From assembly GCA_047495785.1 (NCBI GenBank), contig JBLDXI010000048.1, forward strand, positions 434,001-498,000: a DNA stretch of 64,000 nt, in the 5' to 3' direction. The notes beneath the pieces are model-generated. The model made no database searches, had not been told where the DNA came from, and saw only the letters and a list, made by a program, of their open reading frames with translations. Source of the DNA: Lepidodermella squamata (lineage: Eukaryota; Animalia; Gastrotricha). This document shows, piece after piece, positions 36,438 to 49,154 of the stretch. Position 1 is the stretch's first letter. Each line of letters opens with the position of its first letter. Position numbers and translations under genes: made by a program.

Positions 36438-39400
36438 ATGAGGGAGCGCATCATTCTGCTTGTGTTGGTGTTCTCGCTCTGCCTTCGATTCTCCTCATCA
36501 GGCGTTGAGATATTCAGAAACTACACCTTTTACAACAAAGACCCGACAATCAGCCCGATAGAGACGACTTTGTACACGCAGTTTTATGATGGCTTTACCC
36601 CTGGTCAACCACCAGCGAAACCGTGGCCGCTACCAATACCATACGCATTCAACAGCGACTGGCAAATAACGTATCAAAACAACTATATTTGTGAGTTTAC
36701 GGTGCCGGAAAATGTGTGCAACCGAATTTTTGGTTTGTTTTTTCACGTGACAGCCGAGTTAGAATCAAACATTATCAAGAAAGCTATTGCTAAACTCGAA
36801 TCAGTGACATGCTTGCGGTTCGAAGAAAGGCCGTCTATCGACATTAATACTTCCAACTCAATTCTTTTCTTCAGAGCTGTGTGAGTTGTCATTTTCTTGA
36901 TTGATTTCTTGAATGCAATATTGCTCTTATTCTATCCGTAGGGACTACGCCGGTGCACATGGTGTCGACCATCCTCAAAAGTTCGTTGGAGTCGATCGAC
37001 CATTCCACGACATGTACGATCCCCTAGCAGTTAGTTTCTTCAAAAAACGACCTTGAACATCAAATCAATTGAGTTTGAAACAGGTTCAATACGCAATTAG
37101 ACAAATTGGCTACGCCCTAGGACTAACGTATGAGATCAGGCGACCAGATCGCGACCAATATATTGTTCCCATGCCTGGTTATGAGAACAGGTTTCTTGTT
37201 GCCCAGAATTATATCATCCTTCAATTGCTTGAATTCTCTGTAGCTACCCAATAAATACGGCGCAAACATACTACAACGTGACTCCTTTTGATTACGAGTC
37301 ACTGTTCAACCCTTCAATGAATCGGCTAAGCAGTCTTGGCATTGGTGAGAGGTACCCGCATGACCGGCGATACGGGACAAGCCTGGGACAGAGTAATTTC
37401 CTGTCACTGTTCGACATGGTCAAGTTGAACACTCTCTACAACTGTTATAGTAAGTTCAAGCTGATTCCCCTAGGAAATGGACTGTAAAATAGTTTAATTA
37501 CAGATTCAGATCCGTGCAAGAACCCAACAATCACATGCCAAAATGGCGGCTACCCGAATCCAAGTGTAAACTGTACAAAATGCTTCTGCCCGGTTGGTCT
37601 TGGTGGGGACTTTTGCGAATTTCCATACCCGACCGATACAGCGAATGGCTGTGGTGGCGAAATCTACGTTCAACCGTGTACTAGCGTTAACATAACTACC
37701 CCATCGTACCCGGCAAATATTACCAGTCCATACCGGAACATACTTGATGGCACAAACGCGTCAACTCGTTGTTCATGGCGTGTCAAAACGGTTTTTAACT
37801 ATTATTTGACTGAGAATAAGTGAAACATGGGATTTGGCGAAAATTTTGATGCCCCTTCAATCAATCAATGTATTTGCAAACTTTAACGTTTACAGGACTA
37901 GAAGGGCACGCAGGCCTCTTACACTAACCCGAGGCAATAAATTTCCGTTAGAATATTTCTTCAGATTCACGCGGTACAAATTTCGCTTTACGATATTGTT
38001 CTTTATATCAGCAGGTAAATTATCGCCAAAGTTAAATACGGTATACGGCAAACGATTCCAAGTGTTTACAGTACGGTTCAGGAAATAGTTCTTATAGACA
38101 ATATAGACTATATTATAGACTTATAGACTTTATAGACTTATAGTTCTGTGAGATTTTTGCACTTCATATTCGGATTTATAACAGAGAAACAAAAACGATG
38201 ACCTCGATTGTATTCAACACAATTGTATGTTATTAGAGATAGATAGGTATGTTTTTACAGAACCATTTATTATTTTGAAAAGGAAGCAAAGATCGTAGAT
38301 AAGGCGCCGTTCTTCGAGAGACACTAGTTGAAATTTTTTAAGACTTCGGAATAGGACAGGCGCGAAGGATCGTAGGGTGATAAATTGAGAGCACGGCGAG
38401 TAAAATAAGATTGCAATTTTTCTAATTTGTCAATTTCATTTTTAAACCAAGGTGACAAAATGCAAGTGCAATACTCTATAGCAACGGGCGAACGTATGTA
38501 CAGTAGGCGCGTACTTAGGAGTACGTCTTAGGAGACTGACCTTTCAGAGCACGTAGTATCAGGTTTGCACGTATGCAGGCTTTAGAAACAATCGAATTAA
38601 TATGGGCTTTGAATTCTAACTTTTCATCAATAAGAAGACCCAAGTCTTTATAGTTGAGACATCTTTGAAGCAAGTTCCCATCTAGGTAGTAGGAAGATTT
38701 TGCATTTTTGAAGCCAAGATGAAAAACCGCACATTTGTCAATAGAGAGCTTTAGTTGCCAAGTTTCAAGCCATCAGACAAAGATGTTTTCAAGACATACT
38801 TAGAGATAGACGTTCAGAGAGAGAAGAATCATTTTTACAGAAGACTATGTATAATTTGCAATCATCAGCTGATATTCATCAGGGTTGCAAATGGGCTTCA
38901 AAGTTTAGGAGTGACAATTTCTAATTTCGAAAAATGCGCACTTGAAATATTTGAGTTTTTATTACATGTTCATATTAAAAATCACTCGAGAATAAATTCT
39001 GATGTTATTTTTTTTATGCGCCGTCGACATATCTTAGGGGAATCTGAGATGAGGAATCTCGCTATTTATTCAAACATTTTGTTGGGATCAAGATAGTGCC
39101 TCTAGGACAACGCGAATCAATGACACTTTCCTGGGCATCTCTGAGGTTTTCCGTGTTTTAAGGCGGATGGAAGCATCTCAGAGGTCTGAAATTAGAAAAT
39201 TCAAAATACTCATGAGTAGAGATACCGTATTTTACAAATTATAAGACCCTGCCCTGTATTTTTTCAAACGAGATTCAAGTCCTGCCCTGTATATAGGGTC
39301 TGCCCTTTATTTTGGCTCTGCCTTCTAATTTTTCGAACTTAATCAGTCACCTGAAGAGTACCTAGGTCAACAGTTACAACCACCGAATAACCACTATAGC

Positions 39401-41236
39401 TACTGCCTTCCACCTGTGACTACACGCGTGAAGTATTTGTTCAAGGGATTAAGGTGGATAAAGGACCATTAGTGCACTTACCGAAAAATTACAAAAAATC
39501 GCCAACTATCCAACGTTAACCATTTATTCAGCAGGCGCTCATTGAAGCCACTTCATACAAGGCCCTGCCTATTAATACGGTTCTACCCTTTATTATTTCA
39601 AGTGACCATTACCCTCTGCCCTTTATTCCGGTTCTGCCCTATAATTGGGTCCTGTCTAATAATTCGTAAAATACGGTATATAGGAATCCAAGAATTGTCC
39701 CTCTTCAAGTCAACACACGTTTTGCCATTTGCTGGAAAATACAGAAAATGCGCCAAACCCCACTTTTCACTTATTTTCGGTCAATTTTATTCTATCGATT
39801 CCCTGCATGTGATTATTTCTTTTCTCTACCAGGGTGATTCCAGTGGATTGATTTTTGCTTACCCGACCAGGATCACTCTATGGACCACTGGTGGGCTAAT
39901 CAGTATATTCGCCAATATCCACCTAAAAACCTCAATTTTTAGAGCTTTTAAATTGTTTAAACTACCTCTTAATAAGGGGCCTCGGAGAGGAGAGCAGAGT
40001 TCCCGGATTTTTGTAAGTAAAACAAAATAGGTTATTTATTCTGTCGCAAATTTCTACAACTAGATTTTGCGATTATCGCGCTGCTATAACTGGACGTGTT
40101 TTTGTGACTAACAAAAATCAAGCGTTGGTTACCTCGAGCATTATCTATGAAGCAAAGGACAGGCCCGAGTATGCCACAGTGACGGTTTTTGCGACTTGTC
40201 CTGGTGTGAAAGCAACCGAGTTGAGCAAGGAATGCCGAATCACGCCGAACGCCGTAGACTATGAAGGATCGATCCTGACTAAGACCTCTACAGGTGCAAC
40301 TTGTTCGCGCTGGTCCGAGGATTCTGGTATGCTCTTCACGTATATTCCAAGAGGCGATTTTAATGCCCCGGGAAATGCGTGCCGATACTATCCTTCTTGG
40401 AATTATCTTCCATCTTTGAAATGCTGGAGCAATGGTACTCTGGAAGATTGCGAAAATGCGGACAGAATCAAAAGTTGCTGTAAGTGTTATCGATTTTCGA
40501 ATATAAGCTAATTGATTGTTAGTTGATAACTCAACATCTGTTATAATATTTTTGCTCTTTTTGGGCCTCAATATTAATGCTTATTTCTTATTGATAGCTC
40601 AAGTTGCTTTCCGTTGCATCAACTCGGTAACTGGCCAGTTCGAAGCGTGCAGGCGGTACTGCTTGGAAGGCGAAACTGTTTTCAAAGAGTGGACAACTCG
40701 TTTCACGGACACCTGCAACAAGGGCGTGAGTTGGTATTCTCTTCTCGCCAAGTTAACGCTGTCTGTTTCGCAGAACGTAAAGAAATGCGTCAAAGGCTCG
40801 ACTTTTCGCTGCATCGCTGGCGACCAAGGCTGTGCCGCCGGTGAGGACAAAATCGTGAGTTCTAAAAGTGGTTACATATCTGCGGATATTTTGCGTAAAT
40901 TGCTGTATAGATGTTCAACACTTATGCCTACTTCGGCCGAAATCTACTCACTTGCAGTCATCGAGCGGATCTCAAATGGGTGAGTTTTGCAAATGCCCAA
41001 TACCAATAATACTGCATGTAAACCGCCATGAACAGAAATACGTCCGCTGTTACCGCAATGTAGCTGGCAAGCCGTTTGCTGATTGTCGACGAGCGGATTT
41101 CGGATGCAAAACGACAGAGGTAGGTCACTAATCGGCTCGGAGTTTTCCGATTCACTTCAACAATATTTCCTTGCGTCAGGTTTCGGATGCCACGCCGCCG
41201 TACACGGATCCTTTAAAATGTTATGATGGCATGTAG
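36438..41236 (+). CDS. Secreted non-catalytic astacin-like protein, copy 4 (closest to copy 3)
   Basis: MRERIILLVLVFSL signal; RQIGYALGLTYEIRRPDRDQY; ~2-kb intron 37791-39832; ends PLKCYDGM-TAG. Confidence 0.87.
38575..38790 (-). mobile_element. CR1-type RT fragment in an intron of copy 4
   Basis: Minus strand reads WLETWQLKLSIDKCAVFHLG..YKDLGLLIDEKLEFKAHI. Confidence 0.75.
39225..39676. mobile_element. pogo/Tc2-like MITE, TA TSD
   Basis: TA|CCGTATTTTACAAATTATAAGAC ... GTCTAATAATTCGTAAAATACGG|TA; subterminal CTGCCCT repeats. Confidence 0.85.
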
Positions 41237-41543
41237 CTGCTGTGTCGACTGCCATCGCACAAATCTTTAGCCTTAACTTTGTAAATCACAATTTATTTCA
41301 ATTCACTTTCTTCTCGGTCTGGTGATCTTTCATTTAATGTTCAGGATATTTTTCGAATGCTGATCTTTGTGGCGACTGGTGATGATTACTTAATAAAATA
41401 GGAATCCATAATTAATTGATCCTGCACTGATTTTTCGCTCTTAAAAATAACCACACACTGTCGTGTGTATGGAAAACATCGTGTGTATGTAAAACACGCT
41501 AGAACAATACTGCACTAATAATAGATTGATATGTTTATGATGC

Positions 41544-42060
41544 TATTGTTGGGGCCCACGTCCGAAGCCTGCCCGCACGCGCTCAGGTTTACCCGAGCCC
41601 GACCGGTAGCTTGCAAAACGAAAATCTAAAGTAGACCCGCGCAGCGTTTTGGTTAAATCGATCGAATTCAACAAATCTGACTGCAAGCGCAGATATCAAC
41701 TCGATTGCGGCGTAGAGAACAGCAGGTAAGCCAGTGTATGCGCGCCTAACTCCGCCGGGCTCGGGCATCGGCATGATAACCGAGCGCAAAGAGCGACGAT
41801 CACAGGCGCGGTTATCGAGTTTCACACTAGGCCAGCCCAAGTCCCGCGGCCCGAGTACAGCGCTCAGTAATAGCACTGGTTCCCGATACCTCGGCTGGCT
41901 TGTGTGCAGTCAAGCGAGATTTGATAGAATTCGTTGAGTTTACAGTAAACGTCACAAACGGGCACGATTTAGAGATACTCGACTGCGGAGTAGCAAAGCG
42001 TACCCAACCCTACTCGGGCCGGCCCGAACGCGTACGGGCCGAAATCGGGCCCCAACACTA
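41544..42060. mobile_element. hAT-like MITE (GC-rich)
   Basis: TATTGTTGGGGCCC ... GGGCCCCAACACTA with subterminal CCCGA/TCGGG motifs; TSD not preserved. Confidence 0.65.
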
Positions 42061-42364
42061 TCATATCGACCATCTAAGCGAATATTAGTTGGACTTTGAA
42101 TCCGCGAAACTGGATTAAATTGCAGTTGACCTAGTGGTCTGCTTTCATAATACGTGTGACTATTGAAGCACAGACACCTCGATTTTCAATTGATCGACGG
42201 ATGACTTCACTCACTCGAGAACGTGCTGTAGATGCGTTTTGCGCAGGCTACTAACGAGTAAATAAGTTTTAAAGTTGCTAATTAGTCTTCTTTTTCAGTT
42301 CACATACTCAACCTGGAAAGTTTAGCCAGACTGAGGACAGCATAATACATTTTCATCGCTGAAA

Positions 42365-45300
42365 ATGCTAGGTTTTATCTTGGTTTTCCGCGTTCTATCC
42401 TTGGCCACGGGTCAAAAAATGACTGCAAAATCACCCATGCCCGACTTGATCACGTCTTCAAAGGGCTTAAATCACGCTAAACCGCAACTTCGAATCCTTG
42501 GATCAATAAATTATGGTAAGCAATTAGAGTGTGCCTTGACCATAGCTGATTGTTGATTTTTGTTTCAGGTGGTCAATTTCTCTCTATGGGCCCAATTTGT
42601 TCTGAAAGCATTCGGATTGCGCTAGATTCTCTCCAGAACGCAAGCGTTCTCGCGGATTTTGATTTAGTCGTCGAGCCTATTGATGACATGGTAATTAACA
42701 ATCCTTTCTGGTTCAAATTGATGAAACTTAATTTCCCAGTGTTCGAGAAGTCCAGGTACTGAGAGGCTCATTTTAGCCCTGATTGCAAGCGAAACGGCTA
42801 CTAATAGGGTACCCCTGATGATTGGACCGATTTGCCCATCTCAAATCAACACAGCACCTGTTATGAAGCAGTTTCACATCACTGGGGTGAGATTTAGTTC
42901 TTAACCACCGATTTCTAGTATAGTTCTTTATCTGAAACAGATAGCAGCTGGGACGCCTAGTCCTGAGATTTTGGCCAATCGAAAACTCTTCAGCAATTTA
43001 TTTGTCCTACAAATGGCTTCATACGATCTAACGTACAAATACCTCATTCACTACATCCATCACATTGGGTGGCGAAAAATCGCCATTTTGTCTGAAAATT
43101 CAAACTATTGGGCCACAGTGAGACTTGAAATTTATAAGCTTCCTAATTACTTGAAGTTAAACTTTCAGATTGAGGATACAATCAGCCGAGAAGCTCAAGC
43201 TTACAACATAACAATAACTGGATTCGCTAAATTGATATTTTTCGCTGGAACTCCCATACCTGCTTTGCAAATTAAGCCAGTTATTCAGGAACTGCTCATC
43301 AACGATCCACGAATCATCATTGTAAATTCATATTTCAGCGCACTAGTAGCTTGCTGGTTCCATCGTTTCCAACTTTACGGGCCCAAATATGTAATTTTCA
43401 TGTTCGGAACTTCTTTCTTCATGCCAAATTCTAAGGATCATTATCAACGCTGGTGTACTGAGCAAATGCTTTACGAGGTATTTTCTTGAATGTTGCTTTT
43501 CGGTTTTATGACGGAGGTTGATTTCAGAATCTGGAGAGCGTTATTTTCTTCACGAGTTCGACATTGATAAATGATTACCCTGAGAAGGCTATCGACTCAC
43601 TTGGGACGACTGCGGAATCATTCGAGCGCCAATTGAAGGAATCAATCGAAAAGCCTGAGCTAAATTCAGTTTGGTGGGACTGGAGGACCTATTGTTACAT
43701 AGAAGTTATCACGGCAGGGCTAGTCCTTAATGCAACGAACATCTATCTCAAGACATCGAGTAAGACCCAATCCGACATTAAATCTGTTGAGGGGTATTTA
43801 TATTTCTACTAAACAGGAAACGAAACCTTGAAAGATTGGATGACAAATGGAAAAAATTTCAGAAAAGACGGGAAAGTCATCGAGCAAATTTTAAAGAGAA
43901 ACATTCTCGACCTGAAATACGACGGCTTAACTCTTCGTGATTATCACTTTGACCCAACGACAGAAACGTTGAACCAAACCTTGCATATCGCGTTTTATCA
44001 AATGCAAAAACTGCCGAATCTCGCAAACGATACGCCAAAAGCCCTTACCATTTGGCCTCGGGCTGTTGCCTCAATCTTTACACCGGATAAAAAGTCGCTA
44101 CCTATTGTAGTTAATGGCCCTGGCGAGGTCAACTGGCTCACGGGAAATGGCCTTCCTCCTTTTGATTCAATACGAACGATTATGGTTAAGGAACCTCTAG
44201 CCGAGATTTATACTGTTGGCATCCTATACGGTAAATTTCCATGTAACACTCCCATTCTCCTCCCTTTTCCGAATTATGTAGAGTCACGACTAAGCTTTTT
44301 CTCAATTGTTCAATTTTCAAAGGCTCCTCATCAAAATCTGACCTATCGTACAGCAGTTTTTTCCTTTTAGCTAACCTTTGATCTGATGATTGAATCGTAG
44401 CTATGATGTAAGTATTCGTTTTTATTCATTCAGCTGTGGCGGCGCTGCTTTTGCTCTTCATCCTAGTAATCGTCTGCTTGCACCTTCGCCAAAGTTCTAA
44501 GAAGAACGATGCTTTTGAAAGCTCATTTCCAAGAATCAACTTCGCATTGCTCATAGGAATAATAGCTCTTACAACAAGTGTGTTCGCTTTGCCTTTCGAA
44601 GGTCACACGAATATGCATTTGCAATGCATGTCAGCTTTCTTCATGGCCAACGTTGGCTTCGGAGCAGTTATGGGTGCATGTATCGCTAAACTCGACGCTG
44701 CTCTAGTTTTCCATGCTAAAGGGATCGGGAAGCCAGCGGTTAGAAAGCCCAGCTTTAAAGTTACCGCTGCTGCACGGCCCAGTAAAGAAATGAAGCTCGA
44801 GGAACCAGTTAGGAAGAAAGATTTACAGCTCGTCAACAAGTACAAGTGGTTGTCTGTTTTGCTGACTGCTATTGGAATAGTTATTTCGGCTGTAATCAAT
44901 GTGGCCTGGTACTCCATTGAGCCTCTGACTTCTGGTCAAGTCAATACTACCCTAGAAATGTACGAAAGCAATTCATACCAGCATTATACATACTTCTGCG
45001 TTGTTCCTCCTACTTGGAAATCAACCTTTATTCTAGTAATCCTATTCGGCTACATTGGGATCCTATTGCTTCGAGCGTTGTCTCTCGCAGTATTTTTACG
45101 CCAAGTAAGTTTTAGGAGTCGCAAATAACCTAAAACGAATATTTTTTGATCGAAAATACTCAGAAGCCTAATATTCACATCAATGACCTGCATTTGGTAA
45201 CGATTGCATCATATGGCATCGCAGTAATAGTTGTCGCTATCGGTGGCGTGATTGCAGCCGTGTTTCGCGATGACGGAGGCAAATTGCAACTGGGTATAGG

Positions 45301-45430
45301 TTGGATCGCTGTAGCAATAAGCTCTACAGTTATATCGGTGGTTTTCGGACCTAAGGTAAGAATGAAATGTTTATTCTGAATACTATTCAATTATGGTCTA
45401 TTACAGCTGCGACGAGGCTATTACCTTTGA
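42365..45430 (+). CDS. Divergent class C GPCR, GABA-B-receptor-like; multi-exon
   Basis: Signal peptide; Venus-flytrap motifs (LMIGPICPS, LANRKLFSNLF, GWRKIAILSE, DPRIIIVN, LYGPKYV, WCTEQML, WLTGNGLPPFD); seven TM segments with GACIAK, WYSIEPL, FGYIGILL, INDLH, VFGPK; stop at 45428-45430. Confidence 0.85.
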
Positions 45431-46832
45431 TCGAGCATGGTTTGCAGCGTTGCTTTTCAACCCTGCCTAAACCTTATTCGACGAACTGTTGTCTCTTTTC
45501 ATGGGACCATCGCACGACCTCCTAAGTGTTTTCAAAGTTTACTAAATTTCTATCAAATTTCAAAGCATGTAAAGTAACTCAGCTAAATTAGGATTACCGT
45601 TGAGAATGCTTGTATTCGAGTTTTCAGCCTGCATTATTCGGCTCCTCCCGGTAGTATAATTTGCATCTGTGTACTAATTGGCACCTCGTGATTACTCATG
45701 TTTTTTAATTCTTCAGTCTGTCCGAGTTACAGTTTTCATTTATTCTTCCCAAAACGAGAAGTTGAAAAACTGCTACAAGGAATCATATTGCAGAATCGCA
45801 GGCTCTTTATCAGTAATAGTAACTTTTGGTTGTTGTAATAGGGTTGTAATATCCTAGACAAGACGTATGAACCAAGTTATTCCTTTGAAGGTATATGACT
45901 GAAAGTTTTCTAATTTATTTTGCGAAAGTTTTTTTCAAGTTTTCTAAAGTGGATGATGAATTTTGACGCAGTTCCATTGCAAAATATTGGGTGATTTTCC
46001 TGGTTTATTTGCTCGGTTGTCACTGAGAACTCTTTTTTAATATCGAAGTCTCTCATAGTTTGCATTTGTCGGTGATTTCGTTTCACTTTATTACTTTAAC
46101 ATTATATACACATTATATCTTTGCATCCGTGTTGTATAACTTTTGAAATTAAAGACTTTCAGCCCTCGCATCGGCATCACACCGGCATCTTTGCAATATA
46201 TTTACCCCCATTTCAAAAAATTGAACTGGGACCTATGTGTTTATTTTTCACAATTTGATCGATAAATAATGATATCTTTGAGTCTTAATTGACTGGTAAT
46301 GTCGGAAATTAACTCGGCGTAGTCTCACATACCAATCACTGTTTATACTCGACCTATCTCCCAAACAAATTGCAAAAATCTGGCAACAAACATCCAATCT
46401 CGTTCATTTGTGGTGCTGGCTGCTGGCGAGAATGATTTTCATGTTGCCGCCAATGAAATTAATGTGTTCACGCCCTTTTGTCCCATCCCATGCGTCGCCC
46501 CGATTTGAATGAAAGCGATGAATGCGCAAATTACCTTTGCTAGTAAACAGATATATCGACTCCTGAACCCTGACAGCATTTTTTTTAAGCTTTACTTGGA
46601 AATGGAAATACCAAATTATATTGAGAATCACCGAAATTTCGATTTCAGCGCAGATTTTTTCGCGAGCTAGGAAAGCGCTAAATATGCTGCATAATTTTAC
46701 CAGAATTGTGATTAGAAATTTCAAAAAGCTCTTCAAGTTAAATAAGTGAGAAAAATTAAAATAGATCATGAGAAATATTATAATGGTTCTGACTGATGGT
46801 CAGGAATTTGATATCTTCAGGTTCAAAGTTGT

Positions 46833-49154
46833 TCAGTACTTGCCGAGCACAAATCCGTTGGCGAAGCCGAAAAATGCCAAGGCTACAATGAACGCTATTG
46901 CATCAATAAGCCTGGCCAAACTGATGTGGCCTCGCAAAAGCCTCTTCATCGTTCGTTTTCCTACGAAGAAAGAACGGACTAGCCACAGGGCTATCATTTG
47001 GTAAAGGGTGACCGCAGCCGAGAACCAAGCCATCATTTGCATGTAACTGCTGAGAATAGTATTATCCGTGCTTGCGGATCCGCTGATTAACTCCGTTTGG
47101 GATACAGCCATTGCCAGCAGGATGGTAACGGTGAATGATGGTCGCTCGGGCATTCCAGGGGCCATGAGGAACGTTGCAAGGTCTAGTCCACCCAGAATTG
47201 CTGTGGGCAGATAGAGATTGTCGATATAATACCTCGGGAGCCGCTTGAGTGTGACTTCAAACACGGCTGTTGTAACGTTGAATCCATTGAATCGTGTCCA
47301 GGACAAACGACTTGAGAGATCCTTCACAACCCATTCAGTGTTGTCAACAGCCCCAATACCCCAGAGAAATATCGGCGGATCTGCGAATGCCAAGATTCTA
47401 TGCGATCTCGTAAGGCTGAACTCAAAAATGCATGTCTGTGTATCGAACGGGAAATCCGAAATGATCTGCATGCAATCAGCCTTGAAAAAGCCTTCCCTTG
47501 TCCAGTAAAAGTTGAAGGTTTTGTTTGGCTCCGTCTCCGACCCCACGCCGTTCATAGTTACCAAGAAATCGTCTCCAACAGCAACATTCTTCATGTAGAT
47601 ATTCGACTGGGCACTGTTCAAAAATCTCATTTGCGGCAACCAAATCTGATCAGGCCTAGCAACATAGATCTGTTCCTTCGGGCGAGAGGTAATAGGATCG
47701 CTGGACTTTCTTGGACATGTGTTAACTCTCCATGACATCAGCAAAACACCACTAACTGATATTGTGTCAGCTGAGTTAGACAATTCTAACAGGCTGGGGA
47801 CGTAAAATGTGATATTGACAACATTGGGCGTCGCTAAGTCGATTTGGGGTGGAGAAAATCTGCTACTTTCAAAGTGATCGCAATTTTTCAGCACATTCTC
47901 GGCTGTATCGAAGGCTCGGCTTGGGGGTGGCTCTTTGTAGTCATCGAGATACTCGATTAGGCTTTGGGCGGTTTGGGTGCTACCCAGTTTTGACTCAACG
48001 GCCAAAGTTTGCTCAACCTGCCGAGGTATTGCAGTCAGTGAGGCATTTGCAGGCGTCGCTGTAAAGGTTGTTGAGGGTGGGTTCGATGTTAACGGCATAG
48101 CAACAGTCGTTTCCTGGCTAGCAAACGACTGACTGTTCTGTGTTTTCTCTGTCGAACTTGTTGAAACTAGCATAGCAATAGTCGTGCCCTGGCCAGCAGA
48201 AGACTGACTCCCCGGTGTTGTCCCTGTCGAACTTGATGCAGCTAGTGTAGCGATAGCCGTGCCCTGGTTAGCAGAAGACTGGCTTCCCTGCGTTGATGTC
48301 ATCGGATTTGAGACCGGAATAGGCTGCGAAGCTGTACCCGATGTTGTAGAAGTAGCTTCGCTTGGTGCCAAGGTTGTTGTCGTTGTAGTAGTTACTTGTT
48401 CAGTTGTAGTAGCAGCTGTTTGCGATCGGCTACATGCTGCTGATAATCTTGCCATTTCGTCGATTGTCAGCACGACTGAATAGTAGCTTACACATGCCAT
48501 TCTTTGGGTCGCTTCATCCATGTATATAAAATCATTCCCATCATGCACTGATCCGATCTGAACTCCTCCGCCATAATAAGTAGACGGCTGCAGATCTACA
48601 TTAATTTGTGCAAGGGACGTTGGCGTACCCTCAGCGAGAGTCTGTTTGTAGTAGGACAGTTGTTTTGAAACGTTGTTGTATGTAAAGATTGCCAGTTGCC
48701 ATGCGTTCGATGGCGCATACGGAAAGTCATTCGGCAATAGAGTTCCCAAGCCATCGCGGACACGGAAGTTATTAGTGTTACAATAAATATTCACAAATAT
48801 CGACAAGAAGACAGCTCCATTTTTATCGCACGGTCCGAAGTAGTAAAACGCGATGGTCAGCTCATTTAAAGCGGGGAATTCGCCCAGAGCTAAACCGAAA
48901 TTAAAATTTGTAGTATACGACCCACCTCCAAAAGGCCCATCAGGCTTGGTAATCGAATACCGAGGGTTGTTCGTGGTAAAAGTATCGGTATTGCCATTCC
49001 TGTCAAAAACAAGGAGATTCCAGATCAGACCGGTTGGGAAGTAGAAGAGAAGACTATTCAGTCGTGGTAGCGAAGTAAGCATTTCGGGCATCGTTTGGCC
49101 ACCCAAACGAGTAATGCAGGCGAATAAGACCAGAAGACAGCGCGTTGTGACCAT
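46833..49154 (-). CDS. Intronless Cys-loop ligand-gated ion channel subunit with N-terminal LamG/ConA-like domain and Ser/Thr-rich stalk (773 aa from the ATG)
   Basis: Signal MVTTRCLLVLFAC; LamG-like WQLAIFTYNN..VQIGS..MACVSYYSVVLTIDEMARL; IWLPQMRFLNS; Cys loop CMQIISDFPFDTQTC; DNTEW; LKRLPRYYIDNLYLP; M2 ERPSFTVTILLAMAV; M4 ARLIDAIAF. Confidence 0.9.
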   Translation of the reverse strand: MVTTRCLLVLFACITRLGGQTMPEMLTSLPRLNSLLFYFPTGLIWNLLVFDRNGNTDTFTTNNPRYSITKPDGPFGGGSYTTNFNFGLALGEFPALNELTIAFYYFGPCDKNGAVFLSIFVNIYCNTNNFRVRDGLGTLLPNDFPYAPSNAWQLAIFTYNNVSKQLSYYKQTLAEGTPTSLAQINVDLQPSTYYGGGVQIGSVHDGNDFIYMDEATQRMACVSYYSVVLTIDEMARLSAACSRSQTAATTTEQVTTTTTTTLAPSEATSTTSGTASQPIPVSNPMTSTQGSQSSANQGTAIATLAASSSTGTTPGSQSSAGQGTTIAMLVSTSSTEKTQNSQSFASQETTVAMPLTSNPPSTTFTATPANASLTAIPRQVEQTLAVESKLGSTQTAQSLIEYLDDYKEPPPSRAFDTAENVLKNCDHFESSRFSPPQIDLATPNVVNITFYVPSLLELSNSADTISVSGVLLMSWRVNTCPRKSSDPITSRPKEQIYVARPDQIWLPQMRFLNSAQSNIYMKNVAVGDDFLVTMNGVGSETEPNKTFNFYWTREGFFKADCMQIISDFPFDTQTCIFEFSLTRSHRILAFADPPIFLWGIGAVDNTEWVVKDLSSRLSWTRFNGFNVTTAVFEVTLKRLPRYYIDNLYLPTAILGGLDLATFLMAPGMPERPSFTVTILLAMAVSQTELISGSASTDNTILSSYMQMMAWFSAAVTLYQMIALWLVRSFFVGKRTMKRLLRGHISLARLIDAIAFIVALAFFGFANGFVLGKY
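48085..48305 (-). repeat. Three ~75-bp (25-aa) coding repeats in the mucin stalk
   Basis: TQGSQSSANQGTAIATLAASSST / TPGSQSSAGQGTTIAMLVSTSST / TQNSQSFASQETTVAMPLTS. Confidence 0.75.
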
